The notes under the pieces were generated by a model. That model made no database searches and was not told the DNA's origin. It worked only from the letters and a program-made list of their open reading frames with translations. A stretch of DNA of 64,000 nucleotides from the human T2T-CHM13v2.0 reference genome, Homo sapiens. Position 1 is the first letter of the stretch; every line of letters starts with the position of its first letter. The position numbers and the translations under genes were made by a program. Positions 38,298-50,640 of the stretch are shown piece by piece. The DNA lies in NCBI RefSeq assembly GCF_009914755.1, contig NC_060947.1. One strand, given 5' to 3'.

Positions 38298-39184
38298 CAC
38301 TTATCTTAAACGCTCGATAAGGATTCATGTGTGATTGCTTAGATAAATATTATCTAATTTGCCCATATTTTTGAATACTTACTTTTGAATACTTGCCAAA
38401 AACTGCGTTGAGAATTTTGTGTGCATTTCCAAGTTTAATTCTCACTACAGTTCTGCATGGTGGCTACTATTAGTATCTCCTTTTGACAGATGAAAGAATT
38501 GAGGCACGTAAATGGTTATGAACTGTCTCTAGTAAGTGGGGAAGGCAGAATACAAAATCACATCTGTCTACTCCATGGCCCATGTCAGTGGCCACTATAT
38601 TATACTCTCCCTCATCATATTTCATCTGGAAATGGCTTAGCAGTTGACACTTACTGAAGGAGATGCTACTTTTTCCAAAGCCCTGCATTATATGTTTATT
38701 TATTCACTTTTCATTATTAAAATTTCAAAATTCTGGGTAAGCTTTATGAGAGTATTTCAGAATAACAAGGGTATAATCCTCCTGCTTCAAGTAACTCCTG
38801 CCTATCTATGGTGATGAGGCTCGGGTGCACATAAAAATTAGGGAATAAACAAAAAAGGCTTACAATATGAGATAACCAGTAATTTCCCCTTTTTATTTTA
38901 CTAAGCAGCAAGACATTAAAAAAAATTACCTAGACATAGTTGCAGCTTATATGTCTTTTCTCCCGATCCCCTCTTCCTCAAGCCTAAGGTCACAATATAG
39001 AGAAAATAAATTGTCAGTTACTTGTCCACAGTAACGTTTGAGTCAAGAAACACTGGTAAGAATTGGATAGCATATGTATGAATGCCTGTTCAACAAGGAG
39101 ATTAGACTCAATCAGTAATAAGATTTTACTGGATGTACTTCAATGTTCATTTTCAGAAAGTCTGCTTTTCATGTCATATCTCCA

Positions 39185-39440
39185 TGAGAGACAATGTAAC
39201 ATAAGGAAGCCTGAATTTAAACTGGCTGGATCCAAATCCTGGTCCTGCACTTGGTATCTGTATAACCCTGGACAAGTTATTTACACCCTCTGTACCTCAG
39301 TTTCTTAAGTCGTAAAACAGGGATGATAAAAAGAGTATTTGTGCCACAATATAATTGTGAGGATTAAAAAAACTGAAGCAATTAGGCTAGTGCCAAGACC
39401 ATAACAACTTCCTTAACAACATTAATTACCTATGATGGTG
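39185..39440 (+). mobile_element. MIR
   Basis: ACCCTGGACAAGTTATTTACACCCTCTGTACCTCAGTTTC...TTGTGAGGATTAAA. Confidence 0.75.
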
Positions 39441-39503
39441 GTAATGACAATGACAATGGCAATTATATTAATGAAAGATTTCATTTGCAAAAGCTTTTAT
39501 GGC

Positions 39504-42260
39504 TGTGATTATTAATTTTAAGTGTCAATTTAGAGGACGTATTTGGATAAAATTCATACATGGATGTCCTATTCAACATCGTATTGGAAATTCTGGCCAA
39601 AGCAATCTGGCAAGTGAAAGAAATAAAAGGTATCCCAATAGGAAAAGAGAAAGTGAAACTATCCCTGTTTGCAGATGACATGATTCTATATCTAGAAAAC
39701 CCCATAGTCTTGTCTCAAAAGCTCTTTGATCTGATAGACAACTTCAGCAAAGTTTTGGAATCCAAAATCAAGGTAAAAAAATCAATACCATTCCTATACA
39801 CTAACAGCATCCAAGCTGAGAGCCAAGTCAGGAACACAATTCCATTCACAATTGCCACAAAAAGAATAAAATACCTAGGACTACAGCTAACCAGGGAGGT
39901 GAAAGATCTCTACAATGAGAATTACAAAACACTGCTCAAAGAAATCAGAGATGATACAAACAAATGGAAGAACAATCCATGCTCTTGGATAAGAAGAATC
40001 AATATTGTTAAAATGGCCATACTGCCCTAAGCAATTTACAGATTCAATGTTATTCCTATCAAACTACCAATGGCATCTTCACAGAACTAGAAAAAAACTA
40101 TTCTGAAGTTCATATGAAACCAAAAAAGAGCTCGAATAGCCATGGCAATTTTAAGTAAACAGAACACAGCTGGTGGAATCGCATTGCTGGGCTTCAAACT
40201 GTACTACAAGGCTACAGTAACCCAAACAGCATGGTACTGTATAAAAACAAACACATAGAACAATGAAACAGAATAGAGAGCCCAGAAATAAAGCCACATA
40301 CCTACAACCATCTGATCTTTGACAAAGTCTACAAAAACAAGCAATAGGGAAAGGACTCCTTATTCAATAAATGATGGGATAACTGGCTAGCTATACGCAG
40401 AAGACTGAAACTGGACCGCTTTCTTACACCATGTACAAAAATCAACTAAAGATGGATTAAAGACTTAAATGTAAAACCTAAAACTGTAAAAACTCTGAAA
40501 GATAACCTAGGAAATACCATTTTGGACATAGGAACTGGCAAAGATTTCATGCCAAAATTCTAAAAGCAATTGCAACAAAGGCAAAAATGGACAAACTCGA
40601 CCTAATTAAACTTAAGAGCTTCTGCACACTATTTTAACAGAGTAAACAGACAACCTATGGAATTGAAAAAAAAATTTGCAAACTACACATCTGACAAAGG
40701 TCTAATATCTAGAATCTACCAGGAACTTAAACATATAAGCAAAAAACAATCCCATCAAAAAGTGGACAAAAGACTTGAACAGAAACTTTTCAAAAGAAGA
40801 CATACATGCAGCCAACAAGCATATGAAAAAATGCTCAGTATCACTGATCATTAGAGATATGCAAATCAAAACCACAATGAGGTACCATCTCACACCAGTC
40901 AGAATGGCTACTATTAAGAAGTCAAAAAATAACAGATGCTGGTAAGGTTGTGGAGAAAAGGGAACACTTACACATTGCTGCTGGGAGTGTAAATTGGTTC
41001 AACCAGTGTGGAAAGCAGTGTGGCGATTCCTCAAATAACTAAAAACGGAATTACCATTCAACCCAGAAATCCCACTACCTGGATTTATATTCCCAAAGAA
41101 ATATAAATCATTCTACCCTAAAGACACATGAACATATATATTAATCACAGCACTAGTCACAATAGCAAAGATATGGAATCAACCTAAATCTCCATCAGTA
41201 CAAGATTGGATAAAGAAAATGTGGCACATATACACCATGGGATACTATGTAGCCAAAAAAAGAATGAGATCATGTTCTTTGCAGGGACATGGATGAAGCT
41301 GGAGGCTGTTATCTTTAGCAAACTAATGCAGAAACAGAAAAGCAAAAACTGCATGTTCTCACTTATAAGTGGGACTTAAATAATGAGAACACATGAACAG
41401 AGAGAAGGAGAACAGACACTGGGGCCTACCCATCTGTACACCAAATCCCCGAGTAATGAGTTTACCTATATAACAAACCTGCACATATACCCCTAAACCT
41501 AAAATAAAAGTTAAAATATTTTTAAATAAAAATAATAAATAAAAAGATATCTAATACACACACAGACAAAAGAAAATATCTATTACTGTAACTGTTTGCA
41601 GATATACAAGCAAAAATTATATGCCCAAGGTAAACACATTGGTCCATGGGAAAACTAGACACGGAAAATGAAATGGATGTTGGAACTGCTTACAGGTTTT
41701 AAAAAAGTTTTCCTTTTCTATGAAGAAGAAGCCGTACTCAAGAGATGTGCAGTCTTGCCTATAATCAAAGAAAATATATTGAAGTGCTATTTTTCACCTA
41801 TTGAGTTGGCAAATTAAAAAATGATCACATCCATTGTATGTATCAAGAGTGATAAAATACCATTCCTTTTGAGCCAGGTACAACCACTCTAAGAAAACAA
41901 TGGAAAATATAAAGAGCAAACACTGTGAAACATAAAAATACATAAATAAATATATTTACATTGGTGAACTTTGAGTAAGAGGATTGTCCTCCATAATGGG
42001 GGTGGGTTTCAATCAGTTGAAGGCCTGAACAGAACAAAAAGCCTGGCCTCCCCAAGCAAAAGGGACTTCTGCAGCATATTGCCTTAAGACATCATCTGAA
42101 GCATCAGGTACCCTGGATCTCCAGCCTGCTGGTTCACACTGTGCAGATTTTGACTGTCCAGCTTCCATAATCACATGAGCCAATTCCTTATAATAAAGCT
42201 CTTCATGTATATATACACATCCTATTGATTCTGTTTCTCTGGAAAACGCTGACTAATACA
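39504..42260 (+). mobile_element. MLT2 (MLT2C/D-like, ERVL) LTR split into 39504-39561 and ~41951-42260
   Basis: Starts TGTGATTATTAATTTTAAGTGTCAA, ends CTGTTTCTCTGGAAAACGCTGACTAATACA; 5-bp TSD ATGGC at 39499-39503 and 42261-42265. Confidence 0.85.
39562..41545 (+). mobile_element. 5'-truncated older L1PA (L1PA13-15-like), ORF2 RT to 3' end
   Basis: ORF 39560-40030 holds the RT motif [13 protein letters not shown]; 3' end TTTACCTATATAACAAACCTGCACAT...AAAATAAAAGTTAAAA; ORF2 disrupted by stops. Confidence 0.92.
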
Positions 42261-42634
42261 ATGGCTAATATAAATGTTAAAGCCACCAGACTACATTTTT
42301 CCTAAGCAATCTTCCTATGTTTGCTACTCTATGAATATAATTAATTTTATTTTAAATCCTGAATGTACGTAAAGGGATACAATTTATGTTTACTATAGGT
42401 TAGCTTAAGGCAGATTTCTTGAGAAAAGAGGATTGCGAAGGAAATAGTGCATAGAAATTGGAGGAAAGGAGGAAGAAACGTTCTCCGGGTAAGAAAAAGC
42501 ATGGAATTACGCATGGGAAAAAATATGTGAAATGCATGTATTTGTATGATGTGTAGTTGTAGAATTGGTCTGACTGAAGTCAATAACCTTGTTAAATTTT
42601 GTATATCTGTTATCTATCTATCTACCTATCTATC

Positions 42635-42953
42635 CTGTTGGCCCTCTCTATTCATAGGTTCTGCATGTGTGGATTTAACCAATCATGGATCAAAAATATT
42701 TTTTTTCAATTGTGTTTGTACTGAACATGTATAGGCTTTTTTTGGCCATTATTCCCTAAACAGTACACTATAACAACTGCTTACATAGGACTTCCATTGC
42801 ATTAGGTATTATAAGTAATCTAGGATTACTTAAACTATACAGAAGGATGTGCAAATACTGCATAATTTATATCAGGGGCTTGAGCATTTGCAGATTTTTG
42901 GCATCCATGAGAGGTCCTGAAGCTAATCCCACACAGATACAGAGGAACTACAG
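42635..42953. mobile_element. MER2
   Basis: GGTTCTGCATGTGTGGATTTAACCAATCATGGATCAAAAATATT...GTACTGAACATGTA...GCATTAGGTATTATAAGTAATCTAG. Confidence 0.85.
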
Positions 42954-42959
42954 TATATA

Positions 42960-43890
42960 CATGCACATGTATATTTAAATAGAACAGGTTCTTAGAAGAA
43001 TTGTAGAGTCAAACTTATGCAATTTAAAAATTTTATAGATGTTGCCAAGTTGCCATCTCAATAAGCTATACAAATACATAGTCATCAATTGTATATGAAA
43101 GAACCCATAATATTCTATTAAATAACAGTATAATATTATACACCTTTTTCAGTGGTGCCAAACATGGGGTAAAATCTTATTTTTATTTTAATGTATATTT
43201 ATTATATTATTTGTGAGGTTTAACATCTTATGCTTATTGATCCTTTGTTATACTTCTTTGAATTTCCTGTTCATATTTTTTGCCAAATTTTATATCTTTT
43301 CTTATTGATTTGTAGTGATTTTGTTTTGAATGATGATCCTTTGCTTATTATTTATGCAACAGGTATATTCTCCAAACTTATTTTTTCTTTACTTTTATTG
43401 TGTAAAATATTTTCATTTTATGCAGAAAAAAATCTGCCAGCCTTCACTTGTGAATCTTTGTTTTTCTGCCCTTTCCTCTTCCAAGACTTTTTTTTTCTAA
43501 AAATGCACAGTTTTGTAATGATATGTTTAACTCTTTCATCCATCTGGAGTTTTTTTCATATGGGATAAAATAAAGGCCTACATTATCTTTTTCTAAGTGG
43601 ATATCTAATTGTACCATATTTATATGTTGAATACTGTGTTCTTGTGTCAGTAAGACAATATATTAAATACCATGTAGCTTTAAAGGGTTTTGAAGTTTAG
43701 TATGACAACTTTTGCCTCATTATTCTTGGTTTAACAAATGTTATTGACTATTTGGAAGGACTTTTCTCTTCCATATGAATTTATAGTTGTCTTACCATGC
43801 TGGTATTTTAAGATTAAATTCATAGGTTAATTGTTTTCCAAGTTTGTTTGCCATATAGTCAATGCAAAAGAGTGGTATTAGATACGTGTA
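42960..43890 (-). mobile_element. Ancient L1ME fragment
   Basis: T-rich antisense ORF2-like text (TTTGAATTTCCTGTTCATATTTTTTGCC; TCTTCCATATGAATTTATAG). Confidence 0.6.
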
Positions 43891-44049
43891 ACTAAATGCA
43901 GTTCCAACAGTTACCTGCAACAGCCAGATAGATTGACATTTTTTCTTTGGATTGACCAAATATTTGAATAAACTCATAGGCTAAGTCTTACGCATAGCAG
44001 TAGATGAGCCACATCAAGTAATATCAGGCATGCTGTCTGCAACCTAATA

Positions 44050-45225
44050 CCTATACTGTCCAGTATGGTAGCTACTAGTCACGTGTGGCTATTAAGCACC
44101 TGAAATGAGTCTAGTGTGATTGAAAAACTGAATTTTTAAATGTCATTTTATTTTAATTCTTTAAAATTCAGATTTTATTACTGAAGCAGTATAAAATGTT
44201 TTCTATTAGATACAACTTTATTATTTTGGTAGGACAACATTTTATTTTACCATTGATTCACGTACAAGAAAGATACTATTCTTGCATTAGAGTTTTTATG
44301 TCATATTCGTGTGTCATTTTTAGTATTACACATAATTACATCATCAATCTAGTTAGTATCAAGACATTGATTCAGTTTAAATGATTTATTCTAAGCACTG
44401 ACATAAGATAGTAATATGTTTATTTTCACATTTTTTGCAGACAGTTATGTTTTATAGTCATACTATATAAATTGTAATTGGTTATTAAAATACTTATTTT
44501 AAAAATACAATATAGTTAAATTATTTTTCTAGTTTAAAAAAAGCATGAGAAAATTTGAAATTTAAAATGAAGCATACTGTACATACAGAATTGAACGGAG
44601 ATGCAGAAGCTAAAAGCACAACTGGAGCAATAAAAAAAAAAAGAGTGGAAGAAAGTATGTTAAAAATTTCTCAATGAATGGTAATTGCAGTTTGCTGTGA
44701 CAGAGCAAAATGAAAAAGGAAAAAAAAACTATTTGCAGTTTAAAACATAACAAAACAGAAAATATTCAGTGACATTTTTCTGCAAAAACATAATGAATTT
44801 GATGTTTCCTCTCAATGGTCAAGTGCAATCAATAAAACGTGTAGCCTGAAACAAGATGTCCAAAAATATATATAAATTTTATTAGTTTGGTGCAAAAGTA
44901 ATTGTGTTTTTTTGCAGGTGAAAGTAATGGCAAAAACCGCAATTACTTTTGCACCAACATAATAATAGGGCCTGAGCTTGTGATTTTAGCCAGCTATAAA
45001 ACCACTTGAATTTTTGCAAAGAAAGAAAACCATATTTAGGTAGAGAAGTGATAAGGTAAATTATTATTTCAACATTATGTATTTTGTTAGAAATTCATCA
45101 GGAAATGAATTTAAAAAGATATATGTATTTTAAAAGTTAAGATATTTAATTGAGATATCAAACCAATTCCCATAGACCACAAGACACTTCTAACTATATT
45201 ATAGCTCACAATTTCAAAAATGAAC
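44050..45225 (+). mobile_element. Charlie1-type hAT transposon, 5' part
   Basis: MER3/Charlie1-type end CTGTCCAGTATGGTAGCTACTAGTCACGTGTGGCTATTAAGCAC; degenerate transposase-like text (GAATGGTAATTGCAGTTTGCTGTGACAGAGCAAAATGAAAAAG). Confidence 0.7.
44882..44962. mobile_element. MADE1 (Hsmar1-derived MITE)
   Basis: TTAGTTTGGTGCAAAAGTAATTG...CAATTACTTTTGCACCAACATAA, a palindromic ~80-bp element with TA flanks. Confidence 0.92.
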
Positions 45226-45835
45226 TGAATGATGTCAGGAAGATGGCGGAATTGGTACACACTGATTCAACAACAAAACATGAGAAAATTCCCTTTGTGG
45301 GAAATTCAGAAACCAGTTGACAGGCTACTATACCCTGGGCAAGAGTGAAACCGGCCACATCAAAGCCAGTAGGGAAATTTGATACATTCGCTATACCTGC
45401 CCCTGTCACAATGCCGTACAATCAGGAGGAAACCTTTCAACTCCCATCTTCTCCCTAAGTAGGGAAAGAGTCAGACTACATGTTCAATACCCCAAGTTCT
45501 CTGAGGACTTTCTAGAAAACTGACTTCTGTCTTGCCTGTTTTGGAACAGTGATGGAACCTGATATACTTTAGCTGCCTGGGAACCAGTGAAATCAGAGAT
45601 GGTGATTTGGGCTATTAGTCATTATGGCCCTTCCCCCCAGTTCAGCACAAAGAAAGTGGACAAAAACTCCAAGATCCTAGCTTCTCTTAAGGAAGGGAAG
45701 GAGTTGAACTGTCCATCCAAAGCCCCAACTTCTCTGGTGGTTGCACAAAGAACTGGCTTCTGTTCTGCTTGTCTTGGAGCACTGACAGAACCTGGCATAC
45801 AAATGATTCCTGGAGGCCACTAAGAACAAATAAAG

Positions 45836-46206
45836 TGTTTGTTTCAATTTTTACCTTCCACAAATAAGTGAGAGCATGTGAGGTTTGTCTTTCTGTGCCT
45901 GGCTTATTTCACTTAACATAATGTCCTACAGTTCCGTCCATGTTGTTGCAAATGACAGGATATCATTCTTTTTTATGGCTGAATGGTACTCCATTGTGTA
46001 TATGTACCTCATTTTGTTTATCCATTCATCCACTGATGGGCACTTAGATTGCTTCCAAATATTGTCTATTGTGAATAGTGCTGCAATAAACATGAGAGTG
46101 CAGATAGCTCTTCAATATTCTGATTTCCTTTCTTTGGAGTATATACCTAAAAATGGGATTGCTGGGTCATATGGTAAAACTCTATTTTTAGTATTTTTTA
46201 GGAACC
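45836..46206 (-). mobile_element. L1MA2-like internal fragment without its 3' end
   Basis: CCACAAATAAGTGAGAGCATGTGAGGTTTGTCTTTCTGTGCCTGGCTTATTTCACTTAACATAATG...CACTTAGATTGCTTCCAAAT. Confidence 0.8.
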
Positions 46207-46518
46207 AGAAAAGTGACTCACCACATGCAAAGAAACCTCCATAAAACTATCAGTGGATTTTTCAAGAAAAACTATGCAAGGCAGAAGTGAACAGGATCAC
46301 ATGTAGATTCAACGTGCTGAAAGAAAAAAACATTCAACCAGGATTATACTTAGCAAAAGTGTCCTTCAAAAATGAACAGATAAAGACTTTCCTAGACTAA
46401 CAAAAGTTGAGAGTTCATCACGACCAGACCTGCTTTATAAGAAATAATAAAAGGAGTTCTTCAAGTTGAAATGGAATGATGCTAAAGAGTAAGAGTAACA
46501 TAAAAGTACTTTGTCTTA

Positions 46519-46986
46519 CACATGCACACGTATGTTTATTGTGGCAGTGTTCACAATAGCAAAGACTTGGAAACAACCCAAATGCCCATCAATGATAGAC
46601 TGGATAAAGAAAATGTGGCACATATACACCATGGAATACTATCCAGCCACAAAAAAAGGATGAGTTCATGTCCTTTGCAGGGACATGGATGAAGCTGGAA
46701 ACCATCATTCTCAGCAAACTAACACAAGAACAGAAAACCAAACACCGCATGTTCTCACTCATAAGTGGGAGTTGAACAATGAGAACACATGGACACAGGG
46801 AGGGGAACATCACACACCGGGGCCTGTCAGGGGGTGAGGGGCTAGGGGAGGGATAGCATTAGGAGAAATACCTAATGTAGATGATAGGTTGATTGGTGCA
46901 GCAAACCACCGTGGCACATCTATACCCATGTGACAAACCTGCACATTCTACACATGTCCAGAACTTAAAGTAAAATAAAATAAGTA
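46519..46986 (+). mobile_element. L1PA6/7-like 3' end
   Basis: GGGGCTAGGGGAGGGATAGCATTAGGAGAAATACCTAATGTAGATGA; perfect 17-bp TSD AAAAGTACTTTGTCTTA at 46502-46518 and 46987-47003. Confidence 0.93.
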
Positions 46987-46996
46987 AAAAGTACTT

Positions 46997-48421
46997 TGTC
47001 TTAGTCGGTTTGAGCTGCTATAATAGCTTATCACAGAATAATTCTCCTTGATTCCATACTCTTCCCTCCAGGCCCACTTGGGCAATGGTACCATGTTCCA
47101 GACCCATGAGCATGGGAGTCCTGCCCGCAGGGTTCTCCTGGGCAGGTTTTGAGCTCCCTTAGTTTTGGAAGGTCCTGCCCCCATAGCATTGAGTGGAGGT
47201 CATATGGTCTGTTGAAAGTGAGGTGGTTCCCCCACAATTTTGAAAGTGAGGAGGCAGCCCTGATATTCTCTGAATTGCTTTCAGGTTTGTTCTTCCCTTG
47301 TATTGAAAAACAGAACATGCTTACAGCAAAATACCTACAGGGTCTGTCTTATAAAACCCAAAAGGTCTGGCAACCTTCTTTAATTTAGTTTAAACTAGAG
47401 ATTTTCCTGTCGAAGTAGGTGATTAAGTCAGTGTTTGACACCCATATTAATCTCCTCATCAAATGTTTGTTCAGCCGTACCCTTAGTGCTCTCTTCAGTA
47501 CATGTTTTCTGATTTTTTTAGCAGCATGGAAAGCCTGAGAATTTTCCACACCTTTAAGTTCTACTTCCCTTTTGCTTAATAATTCTCTCTTTAAGTAACT
47601 TCTGTCTTTTCACATTTTACTATAAACACAGTCAGGAGGAAACACTTTGCTTATAATTCGCATCAGCTAAATATCCAATTTAATCATTCACAAGTTCTGT
47701 TTATTACAAAACAACAGAACATGAACACAAGTCAAATTCTTTGCCACTGTATAACAAGGATCACCTTTTCTCTATTGTCCAATAACATGTTCTTTATTTC
47801 CATCTGAGACCTCATCAGAATGGCCTTTCTTGTCCATATTTATACCAACATTTTGTAAATGATGATTTATGTATTCCCTATGCAGATGGAAGCTTTTCTT
47901 TCTGAGCTCTCACCAGAATCACATTTTAATGTCTTTCCACAATATTCTCAACTTTTAGCATACACTTCAAAACTCTTCTAGACTCTTACCATTCCCCAGT
48001 TCTTTAACCACTTCAACATTTTTAGTTTTTTGTTTTGTTTTGTTTTTACGGTAGCACCCACTTCTTAGTGCCAGTTTCTTAGTCAGCTCTGACTATTATA
48101 ACAGCTTACCATAAACAGAGTGAGGTGAACAACATTTATTTCTCATAGTTTTGAAGGTTGAAAGTCCAAGATCAGAGTGCCAGCATGGATAGATTCTGGT
48201 GAAGTTCTTACTCTAGGTTGCAGGAAGCTGACTTCTCCTTGGATCTCCACATGGCAGAAATAGAGTGAGAGCTATCTGGGGTCTCATTTTTAAGGACACT
48301 AATCCCATTCATGAAGTCTCCACTCTTATGATGTTCCAAAGGCCCCACCTCCTATCATCATGTTGGGATTAGGATTTCTGCATATCAATTTTGAGGGTAC
48401 AAAAGTATTTAGACCACAACA
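46997..48421 (-). mobile_element. MLT1A0-like MaLR provirus remnant (LTR stub, internal region, complete LTR at ~48075-48421)
   Basis: TGTCTTAGTC...GCTGCTATAA stub; MaLR internal text; PBS-side GTAGCACCCACTTCTTAGTGCCA; LTR motifs AAGTCCAAGATCAGAGTGCCAGCATGG and CACTAATCCCATTCATGA. Confidence 0.78.
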
Positions 48422-50455
48422 TATGTGAAAATATAAAACCTACTGGAAAAATAAATATATAGACAAATAATGTACTACTGTAACAGTGTTTAGTAAATTA
48501 TTTTTAATTCTAGTATAATAGTTAAAGAATATTAAAAATAGCAACAAATAAAACATGTTAATGGATACACAATATAAAAAGTTGTAAACAGTGATATCAA
48601 TAACATAAAATGAGGAAGTAGTAAAGAAAAAAATGTTGGTATGCAATTGAAGTTAAATAATAAAATACACTACTATAAGAAATTTTATGTAAGTCCAGTG
48701 ATAAGCACAAACAAAATCCCTACAAAGACACACACACAAACACAGAGAAAGAAAAAGGAATCAAAGAATATAAATACAAAAAAATCAATAAAATGAAGAA
48801 AAGCAGCGAGAGGAAAAGAGGGACAAAATTTCAGGACAAAGAATAATAAATAAAATGGCAATAGTAAGTCTTATGAATAATTATATTACATAAAAATGGG
48901 TTGAACTGGCAAATTAAAAGGTAAAGAGTGGCTAAATCAATTTTAAAAAAGTCTATATACTGTCTACAGAGATTCACTTTAGATTTAAGGACACACAGGG
49001 TGAAGTTGAAAGGATGGAAAAAACGGTATTTCATGCAAATGGTAAACAACGAGAGCAGTGGTGGTTAGATTTATGTCAGACAAAATAGACTTAAGTCAAA
49101 AACTTCCACAAGAGAAAAAGAAGGACATTATATAAGGACAAAATGGATAAAAAGGATAATTCACCCGGAAGATATATAAATTACAATTAGATATGAGCCC
49201 AACACTAGAGCATCTAAATATATAAAACCTTGTCACGGGTGAGGGGAAGAATAGATAGCAATACCACAGTAGTAGGACACTTCAATACTCCATCTCCAAT
49301 AATGAATAGAACACTGAGACAGAAAATCAATAAGGAAATAGTGGGAGTGAAAAGTACTGTGTCTCAAATGAACTGAACAGACATATACAGAACATTCTTT
49401 CAAACAGCAGCAGAATATACATTTTTCTCAATGGAACATTCCTATGAATAGATAACATGTTGAGCCACAAATCAAGTCTTAACAAATTTAAGATGATTAA
49501 AATCATACTAAGTATCGTCTATGACCACAGTGGAATGAAACTAGAAATCAATAGCAGAAGGAAAACTAGAAAAATTACAACTATGTGAAAATTAAAGAAC
49601 ATGCTCCTGAATAATCAATGGGCCAAAGAAGAAATCAAAATTGAAATTAGAAAATATCTTTAGAAAACTGCAAATTAATACATAACATACCAAAAACTAT
49701 GAGATACAGCAAAAGCAGTACTAACAGGGAAGTTTATAGTGATAAATGCTTACATTAAAAAATAAGAAAGATCTTTAAGCAACTGAACTTTACACTCAAG
49801 GAACTAGAAAAAAAGAATAAACTAAGCCCAAAGTTAGTAGAAGGAAGAAAATTATAAGGATTAGAGAAGAAATAATTAAAGTAGAGAATAGAAAAATAAT
49901 AGAAAAAATGAGCATAACTAAGAATTGGATTTTTGAAAAGATAAACAGAATTGAAAAAATTTAGCTAGGCTAAATTTAAAAAGGGAGAACACTCAAGTAA
50001 AAATAGAAATTAAATAGGAGATGTTTTAACTGCTACAACAGAAACAAAAAGGATCATAAGTGACTACTATGAACAATTGTATAGCTCCATATTAGATAAT
50101 CTAGAAGAAATGGATAAATTTCTAGAAACATACAGCCTACCAGACTGAATCAATGAGGAAATAAAATATCTGAACAGATAAAAAACAAGTAGATTTAATC
50201 GGTAATCATAAATCTCCCAAGAAGAAAAGTCCAGGAACAGATGGCTTCACTGGGGAATTCTACCGAGCATTTAAAGATGATTTAAAGATGAAGTAACACT
50301 ACTCTTTCTCAAACTCCTTTAAAAAATTGAAGAGGAAGGAAAACTCACAAAGACTCTATGAGAAAAAAAAACACAGGCCAATATCACTGATTGATAAATA
50401 TTGATGTTAAAATTCTGAACAAAATACTAACAAACCAAATCCAAGAGTACATTAA

Positions 50456-50640
50456 AACAACACACACTGGGGCCTATCAGAGGGTGGAAGGTGGGAGGAA
50501 GGAGAGGATCAGGAAAAATAACTAATGGATACTAAACTTAATATATCTGGGTGATTAAATCATCTGTACAACAAACCCATGATACATGTTTAACAAAGCT
50601 GCACATCCTGAACATGTATTCCTGAACTTAAAAGCTTCCA
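50456..50640 (+). mobile_element. L1PA10/11-like 3' end inserted in host ORF2
   Basis: ACACACTGGGGCCTATCAGAGGGTGGAAGGTGGGAGGAAGGAGAGGATCAGGAAAAATAACTAATGG. Confidence 0.85.

Noticed and set aside
39560-40893. Reverse-transcriptase ORF as a functional or novel RT system
   Set aside because: Ordinary 5'-truncated L1 ORF2 with stops and frameshifts.
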